Part shown: piece by piece, positions 26,341 through 41,652 of the stretch
Layout: each line of letters starts with the position of its first letter
Position numbering within the stretch: the stretch's first letter is position 1
Source: Octopus sinensis
Lineage: Eukaryota
Reading direction: 5' to 3'
Assembly (NCBI RefSeq): GCF_006345805.1
Contig: NW_021833297.1
Span: 1-64,000 of the forward strand
DNA length: 64,000 nucleotides
The notes under the pieces: generated by a model
Database searches by the model: none
What the model saw: only the letters and a program-made list of their open reading frames with translations
Told to the model about the DNA's origin: nothing
Translations under genes and position numbers: made by a program

Positions 26341-26991
26341 ACTTATATATTTTCATGAAAATAAAACATGATTTTAAAAATGGTTTAACAGCTATTTCTA
26401 GCAAACCAATCTACCACAGAGAATTATCATTCCTATTTATGAGTGCTGGAAAATTGTCTTCTCATTTGGTAATTGACATTGGCATAAATTCGTTGGAAGC
26501 AATAACACACTTCGGTTAATGTTCTTTGATCAAAGAACTAAGCATAATATATATGTTAACGAATACAGCGCTACTTGTAGCTACACACACCTAAATCAGA
26601 TACGACCCGTATAACTTGCCACCCACGGAGATTCAGATAAATATATTTTCTAGAGTTTTTTTATCGTGAATTCTCCATCTTTACCTTTTAACAAAATTCA
26701 TTGTGTGTCATTTCATTTTTTTTTATTTCTTATTTTTCATATTTTTTAAATTTTTGCGTAGTTCATAATTTTGGTTTCCTTGTTTGCGAAGCCATCATGT
26801 ACGATATATATGTATATATATATACACATATACACACACAAAAATATACATTTACATATGTATCATATTACATAAAAGGGCGGTTTTATTTTATTAGTTG
26901 TATCCACATTAATTTATATGTAAGTATATATTTATACATGTTTATATGTTATATATATATTAACCCACACACATACATCCATGCATATATC

Positions 26992-27056
<65 letters not shown>

Positions 27057-27979
27057 TATATATATATATATATACGTGTGTGGTATGTGCGTGTATGTAT
27101 ATGTGTGTGTATGTGTGAGTGGGCGTAATCCATACATATAAACATTATCAGTTTTCTCATGTGTGATAAGATATTCAAATACAAACGAAGTGCCTATTTC
27201 TGTTTTTTACAGGTACAGAGAATTAACCATAAATCTGTGCCTGTATGTATGTATAAATCACATTATATATATATAATCTATATATATATATATATATATT
27301 ATGTGTGTGTGTGTGTGGTGTGTTGTGTGTGATGTATGTGTGTGTGTGTGAGTGTGTGTGTATTTACATATATGCACGAAGATAGAAGTTCCTGTGACTG
27401 ATCACATCATTACGTATTTACTATATATATATATAATATATATATATATATATAATATATATATATGCTTCTATGCGTGTCGAGAGAGAAATAAAAATTC
27501 ATTTTTTTAGAATCTAAGTAAGATTGTATGCGTATATATACGTGTGCGTGTGTGTGTATGTGTGTTTGTGTGTGCATGTATGCTTATATACATTAATACA
27601 CCTATGTCTTGAGGATTTGAATGATTTTGGCACCTTTGTATTTTTTTTTAGCAAGTCAGCTAATGCAAGGGCAAGCAATTCAATAACAGATATGCATGTA
27701 TGTAATTATGTATATATGTACGTATGGATGTATACATAATTATATATATGTATATATATATATATAATGATCAATGTATATATATAGATATATATATATA
27801 TATATATATATGATGATCAATGTATATATATGCAGATATATGTAAATATATATAAATATATATATATGTATATATATATTCGTATCTCTCTCTCTCTCTA
27901 TCTATCTACCTATCTATCTCTCTATCTATCTACCTATCTATCTATCTATCTATCTATCGCACTCTCTCTCTCTCTCTCT

Positions 27980-28029
<50 letters not shown>

Positions 28030-28213
28030 CAAAATACATCTAACAAGGAAAATGTAGGATATAAACACCGAACATGCATACACAAATACACTACACAGAG
28101 AGTGCTATGCACACATGTAAACACACATACACACACAGACACATATATATGTAAGTATGTACGTGTGCCTATATATGTATGTATCCGTGTATATATGTTT
28201 GTATGTATGTATT

Positions 28214-28245
<32 letters not shown>

Positions 28246-28815
28246 CATACATACATATATATATATATATACATGTGTGTGTGTGTGTAGTATATTTACA
28301 TATACCCTGACAAATACACGTGTGTGCACACTTATATAGGACGGAACATAAAGGATATGACAATGTAATAAAGCATATAACACAGTAATATCACTTATAA
28401 TCTAACAGAATGTAATAAAAATAAGCATTGATCGATTCTCACCATTAGCTAAGCCCACCCAGAAATAATTATGCGATACGACATAAAATTTTACAATAAT
28501 ACATTGATATAGCTCACCACATCACAATAAAGCCACCGATACAGAAAATCCTTAAGTTTATATGCATAATGGTAAGTTTATTATGTATTATGGAATGAAA
28601 ATAATAAAAGGAATGATTTTGGGAAAAATTGTATATGATGGTATAATAGAATGGTGTGAATAGTACACATTGGTATGGAATGGTTATAAGGAATAGGAAT
28701 TTTATTGGAAAAAGGAAAAGGAAAACAGTCAGAGAAAATCGAAAAATATAAAGAAGAGAAATGAAATAGAAGGAAAGTGAACAGGAAATGAAAAATAGAA
28801 AATATAGAAAGCATA

Positions 28816-28883
<68 letters not shown>

Positions 28884-29113
28884 GTAGCAGAATTTTTTTA
28901 CAAATTAATATGAATGATGAAGGTGGTGGTGCTGATTATGATAATAATGATAAAACTTTCTACTATAGGCACAAGGCCTGAAATTTTTACGCCAGTACTC
29001 TACTGATACTTAATTTATCGACCCCAAAAAGATGAAAGTCAAGGTCAACCTCGGCGGAATTTGAACTCAGAAAGTAAAACCGGCGAGCTTAACGATTCTA
29101 CCAGTTCGCCGCC

Positions 29114-29185
<72 letters not shown>

Positions 29186-29712
29186 TCAACAACAAAAGGA
29201 GAAGGAGTAATAATAGTAGTATAAAGATTTATTGAAATTTTCTCAAAGCAATTATATATTTTCGTATTATATTCACACTTTTTATAGTTTTTTGTGCTTT
29301 ATTATTATTTATATATTTCTTTCTATATTTTTTCCACAAGAAATTTTTTTGTGATATATTCTTACATGAATTTTTTTTTTCAATGCGTGTTTCTTTAATT
29401 TAGTTATTTTTTATGAGAATACGCAGTCTTTTAGATTTCTTTAAAAATCGTAGTTTTACATTTAGATTTCTTTAAAAAATTATTTGCGTCCATTTGTATA
29501 TACATATATATAATGTATATATATATATATATATTATATATATATATATTATATATATATGTATAAATATATTGATATTATAGAATAGTATATGAACGCT
29601 TGTATGTTCGTGTGCACATGTGTTTATATACATACGTACATACAAATATATATATGTGTGTGTATTATGTACATACAGCCATTTATTGTTTATCATTTGT
29701 GCGTAGGTGCCC

Positions 29713-29747
<35 letters not shown>

Positions 29748-29774
29748 CAGAGAGAGAGAGAGACAGAAAGATAG

Positions 29775-29809
<35 letters not shown>

Positions 29810-30236
29810 AATAGATAGATATCAAATGTAGGTAGGGAAAATCCAGTCTGTGTCCTCTTAAAGTACATGTGCTTATTCTATTTATTCTATAGTTACAATC
29901 CAATATGTAGTTGTGGTATTGATGTGAGATACACATTAGAGTTGAAAATTATGGAAATATTATTTTCGGAGTTATATAACAATACGGGAAACATCAATAT
30001 TTTTCAGTACTATTTATTCACTTATTACACATGTTTCGTTTGCGAATGATAATCACAGAATTGTACATGCTGGATAAAGATGTAAGAAATTTACTATTGG
30101 AAGTTCTTCAGAAATAAATAATATAATATATTATGTAGAAATAATTTATAATATGAATTTTGTTGCATATTGACTTAGCATGTATAACTTTCTGATTTAT
30201 ATTAGTAAAAGAAACATGTGTAATGGTGAATAAATA

Positions 30237-30318
<82 letters not shown>

Positions 30319-30384
30319 AGTATATATATGTATATATATGTATATATATATATATATGTATATATATAGTATGTATATATATAT

Positions 30385-30445
<61 letters not shown>

Positions 30446-30865
30446 ATATAAGCAAGGGCAAAAGAAAATATTTCTATGCCAATATGCTGATAACAGACTT
30501 TAAATCGTCAATTTCCACATATTATTATATACCCACTACAGAGATACGTTGTGCTGAAATCGAGGAAAGCCAGCCAACAGAATTTTTTTTTGAAAGTTCG
30601 TTATTTCTATATTGAATCAATTTCGGAATTAATCTCATAATAGATATTTTCCTCATCAGTAGAAAATACGAATAGAATTAAATGAAATACTTACATGCGC
30701 CCATGGAAAAAAAGCCGAAGCAAAGATCATGTGTACACATAAGTACCCCAGATATATCTAAATATAAACTCCTTTTGTTAGCCTCAGCACACGTATGAAC
30801 TGTTCTCCACCACAGCTTATAGTCGTTTCCAGTCCCTATAGCGAATAGTAATAAATGTACTACTG

Positions 30866-31005
30866 ATATAGGATGAAGTTTATTTACAGAAAAAAATTTC
30901 ATCAAAAAATGTGGCAGCATATTAAAATTTTAACCTTGAAGGTATTTTAATATGCTGCCACTTTTTTGATGAAATTTATTTTTGTAAAAAAACTTCATCC
31001 TATAT
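30866..31005. repeat. ~140-bp near-perfect palindrome (MITE-like)
   Basis: Arms tataggatgaagtt...gcagcatattaaaat and attttaatatgctgc...aacttcatcctata; TA-flanked. Confidence 0.85.
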
Positions 31006-31012
31006 ATATATA

Positions 31013-31058
<46 letters not shown>

Positions 31059-31154
31059 CATATATGTACACATACACATATAATTGTATTAGAAAAATAT
31101 TCGAAGTATCAGCAGGATGTTTCTTTGTGAAAACTTCAGCAAAGAGATCTGTCA

Positions 31155-31456
31155 TCTTTATATATAAAACTGAAGTTGTGTGTCTGCCTGTCTCCTCCGA
31201 TTTAGATTTCTAACTACTCCCACATTTTGCGGTGCAGTTTAACCAAAAGCGGGTATCTTATAGTCGTGATTCATGTCGAGCGTCTGGGTATTAGCGCGCG
31301 CCTACGATGTGTCTACGATTTAAAAAAAATTTACCATCATTTTTCCGCATTTTTAATGCATTTTTTGCTCGGTTTATATAGGGGAAGTAACTCTCTAAAA
31401 ATGCTTATATAGTTATTTCCCTTACAAACCCGAGCAACGCCGGGCGATACTGCTAG
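31155..31456 (+). mobile_element. Non-autonomous Helitron
   Basis: a|TCtttatatataaaa...cccgagcaacgccgggcgatactgCTAG|t; homologous to 12291-12684. Confidence 0.85.
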
Positions 31457-33738
31457 TTTAGTATAAATCAGTATCAGAGCAATAATATATCCTGTGAAAT
31501 GACGAACAAAACGACACATGAAAAATATAAATACCTGTACACTGTACAGTAACAGTACCGTTTTTATAGCCATTGGCGTTATCAAGGATTGAAACTGGAA
31601 TCAATAAATAACAATCCCAGTATTGTTTTTTTGTATACGTAAATCCTTACAATAAAAACACCTAATCTGCTATAGCAGTTTTTCTTTAATCCAATATTTG
31701 CACCGTAATTATTTATAGCTTCATCTACTTCGAGTTCCATCATAATAACAACCACCGATTTATGAAGAAATTATATATTTTATAAACGCTGCTAGGATAT
31801 TAGTGACAGGAATTAATATTGCAAAATTATTAAGAAAATGTTTTTGTGTAACGTTTAACGATGTTCTAAATGAAATTGAATAAATCAACTGATTTTCAAA
31901 TATAACTTTCAAGTAAAAACAACGATAATTGTTGTGATTGCTGAAATTTTCCTCTTGACCAACCAACCATATGTAGTGAATGAGTATTTAATTTTAGTAG
32001 GGAAGTTGTTCATTTAAAACTGGTTGTTCTGTGTCGAGAATGTTCTATGATTAAATAGCAAACCGATCAATGAGTTGAATATATTTTAATAACTGATGTA
32101 GGGAGAAAGTGTAGTATTTGTAAGATATTTCAGAGTTTCTGACGTTGATGAAAGACACGGGGCCTCCGTCGGTCAACGCTGATCATACTTTTGCTCATGT
32201 ATTCGCAAGCCTGGGTAATTTATATTTGTATTTATTTATTTATTTATCAGGAAGGCAATCAGTACTTCATGCATGAAAGTATTTTTTTTCCGCATTAATC
32301 CCTGCTTATCTAAAGAAAAATCCGCTGAGTTCGGTCCATATAACTAGAAACTAATATCGCTCGAGTTGCTGCTGAGAGAATATAAGGACTTAGAACAGAT
32401 CCCGCAAGGTATCTCTCTCGGCTCTCTAACAGTTTCGCTAATCCAACGCTCTGGATTGGTACTTATTGTCGATCCCGAAAAAGTAAAATGTACAGTGAAC
32501 TTGGTATGATTTGAACTTAGATCCCAGAGAGCCGGAATAAATACTGCGAAACATTCTAACCAATACTCTAACGACTCTGCCAGTTCGCCAGGACGAGATG
32601 AAATTATGTTTAAATTGGATGATGGCTCGATTGCTCATAACATAGTGGACTCTACTACAGGTAACCCTAAGAACAGATACTGGTGTTAGACTGGCGTCCG
32701 ATTAGGTCTTCATTTCAAGCATAATAGCGAGTTTGTCAAATGGTGTTTGAGCGCTGTTATCAGCATTTCGAGCAACGGAAGTACTATCATTAGAAGTGAA
32801 GTGTCATTTTAAAAGAACTCAATATCAACAAAATGAACAGTTAAGAGTTTGATAAAAGAGATTTTACCGCACTGGGGGTTTAAATGAGAGAGACCAGAGT
32901 TGATGGATTAGAGAATTGGTTGAGAGACTAGATTGTATTGTGTTAGATGAGAAAAATTAGGCTTAATGAGAGAGTTAATTGAGAGCGAGTTAAATTCAGC
33001 CCTTACATCTCGAGAAAATGCATTAAGGTTTTCTCGTGAATTTATGGTTGTTTTTTTAAAAATAAATTAGGAAGTTTAGGGAAGAAATTTTCATTGCAAT
33101 TTTCAACTACTGAAGTAACTGCATAGAAGTTCGTTCATTCATTCTGTAGTCTTCATTTTAAAACAAACAGGGACTTGACTGTAACTCGCAACATGATAAA
33201 TGATACACGGATGCAACTTCAGTGCCCTATTTGGATCTCATTAAAAAAATGCAAGGAGCTTAATTAGTGAAATGTAATGGCTCATTGAAAGAACATTGCT
33301 TTCTGATGCGTTTATGCTCCGAATTTTAGAGGGGTTATGCTGCTGTTTGTTGTCGACCGATGAAAATGAAGTCCTCGCTCTAGCTTTTTCTCTCTCTCAA
33401 TCTTGAGAGAGAGGAGGAGGGAGAAATAGGTGGAGAGAGAGAGAGAGAGCGGATTGTTTTATTCAGTAGATTGAATGATTCAGACTCTCACATGCTGAAT
33501 GAAATAGTTTTCAGTCACATGATTAAATAGATTACAGGATAAAAATAACAATATTCGATATTGAATGTTTTATTTTTTCTATGTTATGTTAATGCTTTTT
33601 TTTTCATAGCGTGACCCCCAGCATGGTATAACCTCTAGCTCAAATAAGAATTGCAAAGCGGAAGTATATTGATAGGACCTCGCAATTAAATCATTTGTGT
33701 TATGTAGTTAAGTCCTTTTTACACCCTGAGTTCAAATA

Positions 33739-34982
33739 CAGGGGTTGGACAAAATAGTGGAAACACCTTAAAATTTCAAACAAATTTATTTTAATATGAG
33801 GTTGGACTGCCTTTGTTAGTATTTACAGCTTGAATTCTACGAGGTATAGACTCGTACAGTTTGAATTGTTTCCAAAAGAATTTTTGTCCATTCTTCAGTT
33901 AAAACAGTCTCCAGTTCTTGTAATGATGATGGTAGAGGATATCGACTCCTTGCTTGTTTTTCTAAAATGCACCATAAATGTTCAATAATTTTGAGATCTG
34001 GGGACTGTGGTGGCCAGATAAGATGTTCAGCTTCACTCGAATGTTCCTCGTGCAATTCAGTAACAACTTTAGCTGTGTGAATTGGTGCATTATCATCCTG
34101 AGTTATTGCGTTTCCCTCCGGATACAGTTCCGCAACCATAGGATGAATTTGATCAGATAAAATGCATAAATAGTCTTAACTATTAATTCTGCCATGAAGG
34201 GAAACCATTGGGCCGGCAGATTTTCAAGATATAGCCTCCCAGATCATCACATGTTTAACAGTTGGAAGAAGGCAGTCTGGGTCAAATGCCTCTTTTGGCT
34301 GTCTCCTCCCGTATATTCGGCCGGTAGTCGGAAATAAGGTAAAGGATGACTTGTCCGTGAAAATAACATTCTTCCACTGCTCTAGGGACCAATTCTGTAG
34401 GTTTCTACTCCACTCTAAACGCTTTGCAACGTTTGTTTTTAAAAGTAGTGGTTTTATGATTGCAGACCTCCCGTGAAATCCAGCTCCCTGCAAGCAGTTT
34501 TGTGGAAACTGGATTCTCGAGGTGGTCATTAAGCTCTGCAGTAATTTGGGGGGCTGTACTTTTGTGATCCTTTCTAACAATTTGCATAAGAGTGACGATC
34601 CCTATCTGAAAGTTTTGGTTTTTTTCCGTAGTTTTGTTTCGAGGAGGAGGTTTTCCCTCTTTCTCAAAGGCTGTTATTACTTTCGAGTACTTCTTGATAT
34701 ACCAAACATTTTGACTGTTTTCGTATGGTAGACCTTAGCCTGCCATACGAGCACCAACAATTTGGCGTCTTTGAAAGTCCGAGAGATCTGTCATTTTAAT
34801 GAATTTTAATTACCTTTTTCTGATGATATCTGAAAAGAAACAGCAATTTTAGCAAAGCATATTAAGAAACACTAATAATGAATAAAGAAACATAAAAATA
34901 AACAAGATCTTGACGGTTTTATAGATATCTCAAAGTTATGATGCAACATGCTAGCTGTTTCCATTATTTTGTCCAACCTCTG
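33739..34982 (-). mobile_element. Tc1-like (DD34E) transposon, decayed
   Basis: TIRs caggggttggacaaaatagtggaaaca / tgtttccattattttgtccaacctctg with TA TSD. Motifs WKNVIFTD, PTVKH, QDDNAPIH and WPPQSPDLKIIEHLW, with frameshifts. Confidence 0.95.
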
Positions 34983-35541
34983 TATACTCAATACAAACTT
35001 TAATATATTTCTAATATCGATAAAATAAATAATACCAGACAATTTTGTTTCAATTACGCTCTTGCCCTTAATATATGAGGTTGTGAGCGTATATTAGAAG
35101 ATATTTATTATGGTAATAATGCTTTAAAATGGCGGATGTTAGTGTTACAAAGCGGAGCCTGTCGGAATGTATCATATATTAAAACATAATACCTATTATA
35201 ACATTGTGGCTTTTGTTATATGTAGATTAACAAGAAGCAAAATGTTACGATGTGGAAGGATATAGTGTTCGGCTATTAACCAGGCTTATTATAAAACTCA
35301 TATCTCTGTTGACAATATGAATAACCGATATGATCACTTTAAGCTCTAACACTACCACCGGCCTCGGTGCAGTCAGCTGGCGGTGATTGTGATGGTGGTG
35401 GTGGTGGTGGTGTTTGTGCTGCTGTTGTTACTGTATGTTTATTTGACCGGTTATTCATTTGGATGCAACGCTTTGATCTATAACTGAATCATATGGCGAC
35501 AGCAGACGAAAGACTTACGAGCAGATATGTACATGTATTTA

Positions 35542-35775
35542 AGGGCGGTGAGCTGGCAGAAACGTTAGCACGCCGGGCGAAATGCGTAGCCGTATTTCAT
35601 CTGCCGATACGTTCTGAGATCAAATTCCGCCGAGGTCGACTTTGCCTTTCATCCTTTCGGGGTCGATAAATTAAGTACCAGTTACGCACTGGGGTCGGTT
35701 TAATCGGCTTAATCCGTTTGTCTGTCCTTGTTTGTCCCCTCTGTGTTTAGCGCCATGTGGGTAATAAAGAAACAG
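35542..35775 (+). mobile_element. SINE family A
   Basis: Consensus match; flanked by cagatatgtacatgt direct repeats (probable TSD). Confidence 0.92.
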
Positions 35776-36120
35776 ATATGTACATGTGTATATATACACA
35801 CACATATATATGTGAGTATACACACACACATATATATACAAACATGTATATGCACACACATATGTGTGTGTATGTATATGCATATGAATATATGTATATA
35901 TCTGTTGCTTTTTCACACAAATCAAAATGCAAAGAGATGTTTATAACATACAACTACAAACACCCACTCCTACACTCCTCTATTCATGCATACATTGTCA
36001 CATAATCTGTATACAGTGATACACACACACACATATGTACACTCATACACTCTCGCACATTTACATACTATATCTACCCCGATAAGCATACTCCAATAAG
36101 CACACTAACACATTTAGATA

Positions 36121-36498
36121 CTTACTCTTTTACTCTTTTACACTTTTACTTGTTTCAGTCATTTAGTTGAGGAACTCGACCCCAGGACTTATTCTTTGTA
36201 AGCCTAGTACTAATTCTTTCGGTCTCTTTTGCCGAACCGCTAAGTAACGGGGCGTAAACACACCAGCATCGGTGTTGCAGGGACAAACACAGACACACAG
36301 ACATACACGCACATACATATATATACATATATACGACGGGCTTCTTTCAGTTTCCGTCTACCAAATCCACTCACAAGGCTTTGGTCGGCCCGAGGCTATA
36401 GTAGAAGACACTTGCCCAAGGTGCCACGCAGTGGGACTGAACACGGAACCATGTGATTCGTAAGCAAACTACTTACCACACAGCCACTCCTACGCCTA
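36121..36498 (-). mobile_element. SINE family B, near full length
   Basis: Head at 36498 and a (gagtaaaa)n-type tail at 36121. Confidence 0.9.
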
Positions 36499-36626
36499 TA
36501 CATATTTGCAGAAAAACACAAAACCCCATCAATCTTCACGTCCTTGCACGCACTCACCCGCTATCACACAAGGATGTCGATGATCTCGGGAGTTCCAACA
36601 AAACCTAAGATAAATTTTAAAATGAG

Positions 36627-36658
<32 letters not shown>

Positions 36659-36664
36659 GGGATA

Positions 36665-37715
36665 AGATGGAATGGACCCAAAATGCTGATACTGCGACGA
36701 TGGGATTGAAACAGTGGATCACCTAATCTCTGAGTGTGTGGCTTAAACAGCTGTAGAGTACAAATCAAGATATGACAGAGTTGGCCAATATCTACATTAG
36801 ATAACGTGTCGGTATTATAAAAGGCGGCGAGCTGGCAGAAGCGTTAGCACGCCGGGCGAAATGCTTAGCGGTATTTCGTCTGCGTTACGTTGTGAGTTCA
36901 AATTCCGCCGAGGTCGACTTTGCCTTTCATCCTTTCGGGGTCGATAAATTAAGTACCAGTTACGCACTGGGGTCGATGTAATCGACTTAATACCTATGTC
37001 TGTCCTTGTTTGTCCCCTCTGTGTTTAGCCCCTTGTCGGTAATAAAGAAATAAGTATTATAAAATCAAAACTGCTGGCAAATGATACTAGCAAAACCCTG
37101 AGGCTATTGCTGAGGGAGAAGATGTAACGTAACAATTCTTTGAAACTTTCCAGTATGTACAGACCGAAATATCAAAGCGAATGGACGACATATTGTTTTG
37201 AAAGACCAAAACAATGAAGTCTGTTTATTGATTGATATGAATATACCCTGTGACCATAATATCTTGGCAAAAGAATTTGAAAAGCTCAGAAAATATAAAA
37301 GTTTGCTTATCGAAATTGAAAAGATGTGGCATTTCAAGACGGTTACAATGGTAGCGATTGTAGGTGCGCTTGAAATTATCAAACAAGGAACTGAAAATTA
37401 TTTAAGAATGATCTCTGGCTTACCACCCATGCAAGAAGTGCAAAAGACTGTCTTAAGTGGTACGTCACACCTACTGAGAAGAGCTGTAAATTGTCTTTCC
37501 TTTTTACTTTTTATCTTCTTTGTTTACTTTTTTTTTTTTTTATTTTTTCCTTTTTTCTTTTTGTCTTTCTTCCCTTTCTTCTATCACGTGACTTTGCAAA
37601 TGAACAATCTGGCGTGTTTGTTTTAATGGCCTACAAATGTATACAGTGCGTTTCTCTGCCCTAGGTGTCAGGAAGACACTCGGCAAGAAATGGAAATAGA
37701 ATTGAAAGACCAGTA
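36665..37715 (+). mobile_element. RLE-type LINE (R4/Dong/NeSL-like) 3' fragment, interrupted by a SINE
   Basis: Decayed CCHC knuckle (C*YC...ETVDHLISEC) at ~36680-36740, then a restriction-like endonuclease segment CLLIDMNIP...KEFEKLRKY...IVGAL...QKTVLSGTSHLLRR. Confidence 0.85.
36823..37053 (+). mobile_element. SINE family A nested in the RLE LINE
   Basis: 11-bp TSD gtattataaaa at 36812-36822 and 37054-37064. Confidence 0.95.
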
Positions 37716-37855
37716 ATTTCTAGGGGATGTGGAAGTCGATCACATCGGCCTTAGTACTCTAATTGTATTACTTTATCAACCCCGACGTTTTGTCCGGCCT
37801 GCTAACGACCCTACAAACTCACCGTCTTATATAATAGTAATAATAATAATAATAA

Positions 37856-37934
<79 letters not shown>

Positions 37935-38689
37935 TGTAGTAGTTGTTGTTGTTGTTGTTATTGTTGCAATCTATCCTATAATCGAATAAAACATGATTTA
38001 AAAAAATGTGTATGCAAATTTTACTCCAGAATTCTAAAACGAATAAGGAAATTTCAAAATTCAAGTTTATATGTAGTTTTTTCTTTTTTAAAAAATATGG
38101 GTTTCTCTTCTTTTCTCAGTCAAATCATAAAACTCATTCCTATTCACCACGATATCTACTTCCTGTCTTCATTTTTTAAAAATCATGTTCTTTTTCACTT
38201 CCGGTCGACATTAAGATATCACATGATGCGTATACAATTTTCACATTAACGTCTCATACATGCAAATGCACAGTAATCGTTAATAAATCATAACAAAATA
38301 CCAACAAAAGGAAAATAATTATGACATTCATTATAATTTTTGCCTTTATATTTATTATAAAATTTAATTATGGCAATAATGTACAAATACGAATTCCTTT
38401 TAACATGTCATTTTGATTCAGTTAATGAATGCTATGAATAATGATAAAGATTCAGCTATAATAATTTCAAACAAATCGGGTTAGTTTAGCGCGTGACTGG
38501 AACGAAAGCAAAGTGAAAACACGAAGGAAGGAAACAATGAAATATACTTCGTTTCTGTATAATTTATAAATGTAATTTGAATATATTAGGGACCAGCGGT
38601 GAACGGCTTATACTGAGCAATGTATATAGATACGTATATGGTGTGTGTGTGTTTGTAGATGTGTGTGTTTGTAAATGTGTGTGCGTGTA

Positions 38690-38724
38690 TGCGTGCATAC
38701 ATATATATATATTTATATATATAT

Positions 38725-38771
<47 letters not shown>

Positions 38772-38779
38772 ATATTATG

Positions 38780-38822
<43 letters not shown>

Positions 38823-39340
38823 TATATACATATATATATACATATATATACATATACATATATATACATATATATATATATATATTTATATACATATTAT
38901 ATATATATATATATAAATATACATATATATACATATATACATATATATACACACAATATATATATATATAAATATTATATATATATAAATATTATATATA
39001 TATATATAAATATTATATATTATATATAAATATGATTATATAATATATATACATATTATATATATATATAAATTATATATATATATATATAAATTATATA
39101 TATATATATAATTATATATATATATAAGTTATATATATATATATATATAAATTATATATATATATATAATTTATATATATTATATTTATATATATATATA
39201 TATTAATTCTATATATATATATATAATATATATTATATATAATTTATATATATATAATATATATATATATATTATAAATTATATTTATATATAATTTATA
39301 TATATATATATAATTTTATTTATATAATTTTATATAATTA

Positions 39341-39393
<53 letters not shown>

Positions 39394-39470
39394 ATATTTA
39401 TATATATATATATATATATAATTATATATTTATATATAATTTATATATATATAATTTTATATATATAATT

Positions 39471-39529
<59 letters not shown>

Positions 39530-39530
39530 A
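38690..39530. repeat. Long imperfect (TA)n tract
   Basis: Direct reading. Confidence 0.97.
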
Positions 39531-39700
39531 TAAAGTTAATCCAAACATGAAAATACAAAGAGAAAAACACAACAACGCGAGGACGTGGAGCAAATATAGT
39601 ATTATTGGACGCTCAGGAAAGAAGGAAAGAAGGAGGGTTTAACGTTTCGAGCGGAGCTCTTCGTCGGAAACATAGGAAAAGGAAAGATCCAGAGAAGGGA
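39530..39700 (-). repeat. Family G pLTR-like element with hammerhead-variant motif
   Basis: Homologous to 15765-15980. Confidence 0.65.
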
Positions 39701-41271
39701 AACATATATTTGCACATTCATTGTATTAAAATCTCTCTCTACAATAGATGGAAGGCCTAAAAGTTTGCGGGAGCGGATTTGACGACTTCAGCAAACCCAT
39801 TATTTAATGAATACATATTTTACCCCTTACTCTCCCCACAAAGGATGGAAGGCAGAGTCGGTCTCGACGGAAGTTGAACTCTGAACGAAAATACAGACGA
39901 AATGTCATTCAGCATTTCTCTTTCATTTTTAAATAAGGATTCTGCAAGCTCTGCGCCTTCTTCGTTGTATTATTATCAATACAGTGTAATATTTCAATGA
40001 AAGACTGTACGTAAGAGAAAATACGTTGTGCGACAATATTTCATGTAATGTATGTATAAAATACTATATATAACATTATTTAATGATTGATTACTGCTTT
40101 GTCGTTAGCAAAAGTTTCCACATTTAACATGGCTTAACATTATTTGTTTATTTATTATATCATAAGCATATTGTAGAAATTGAGAACAATTTGTCGTTTA
40201 CATTTCCGCTTCCGTTTCGTGTTTTCTTCTTTGTTCTTTTACATTTGTTTCTTTGCGTGTATGTGTTTTAAATTCCTGTTTTAGTTTGCGATTGAATAAA
40301 AAGTAAAATTTGAAATGTGAAAATGCAAAATCGAAACAAATGTAACTACGTATTCTCCAAAAATGTATAGGAAATACAAACATACATACATGCATACGTA
40401 CGTACGTATATACGTGCGTACGTACGTAATATATGTATGTATGTATGCATGTATGTATGTATGTATGTATGAATATATGTATGTATGTATGTATGCATGT
40501 ATGTATGTATGTATGTATGTATGTATGTATGTATGTATGTATGTATGTATGTATGTATGTATGTATGTATGTATGCAGGAGACAACCAATGTGTAGATTA
40601 TATATGCAAGCACGTTATAAATATACTTGTTCGTATACATTAACATCGATAAAATCTAATGTGTATGCATACTGCAGCAAAAATTTGTATAGATTATTAT
40701 GAACGTAAAAATTAAAAATTTTATTTCTGATATAGCAGAACAGACGTGAATTTTTTGGGTGGGGCTTCATCTTGAGTTATGTTGTTCTAGTAACTGTGGG
40801 GGTATCATTATTACTACTAGTGAACCAAGTCTTTATAACAAAAATTTAGTTCTATGATTACAGATGTCTCTAATCTGAGTCACTTCAACCACCATGAAGT
40901 CTTTACTATCATCACTGAGCTTCGTCATTGCAATCACCATTGAGTCGTTGTAACCATCAATGAGTAGCTTTAATTATTATCCTTTTTATTATAGTCACAA
41001 GGCCTGAAATTTTAGCGAGGAGGCAAGTCGATTATATCCACCCCAACCCTGAAGCAATGCTTATGTTATCGACTCCAAAAGCATTTAATGCAAAGTTGAC
41101 CTCGGCAGGATATGAAATCAGATCTTAAAGAACCGGGCGAAATGATGGTATTTTCTCTGATGTGCTAACGATGCACTCATCTCACGCCTTTGAGCTGGTA
41201 ATATATTACCATCAGGCCTTCCATCTATTGTAGAGAGGATTTTAATACAACGAATGTGCAAATATATGTTC

Positions 41272-41307
<36 letters not shown>

Positions 41308-41321
41308 TATATATATATATA

Positions 41322-41354
<33 letters not shown>

Positions 41355-41440
41355 GTGTATATATATATATAAATTATATTACCACTGATGTGTGCCATTA
41401 GAATCACGACTGACCTTTCACAACGATTATTGTGTCAAAA

Positions 41441-41652
41441 TCGTTAGCACGCCGGGCGGAATGCTTAGCGGTATTTTGTCTGCCGTTACGTTCTGAGTTC
41501 AAATTCCGCCGAGGTACCCTTTGCTTTTCATCCTTTCGGGGTCGATAAATAAAGTACCAGTTACGCACTGGGGTCGATGTAATCGACTTAATCCGTTTGT
41601 CTGTCCTTGTTTGTCCCCTCTATGTTTAGCCCCTTGTGGGCAATAAAGAAAT
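41441..41652 (+). mobile_element. SINE family A, 5'-truncated
   Basis: 13-bp flanking direct repeat acaacgattattg. Confidence 0.92.
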
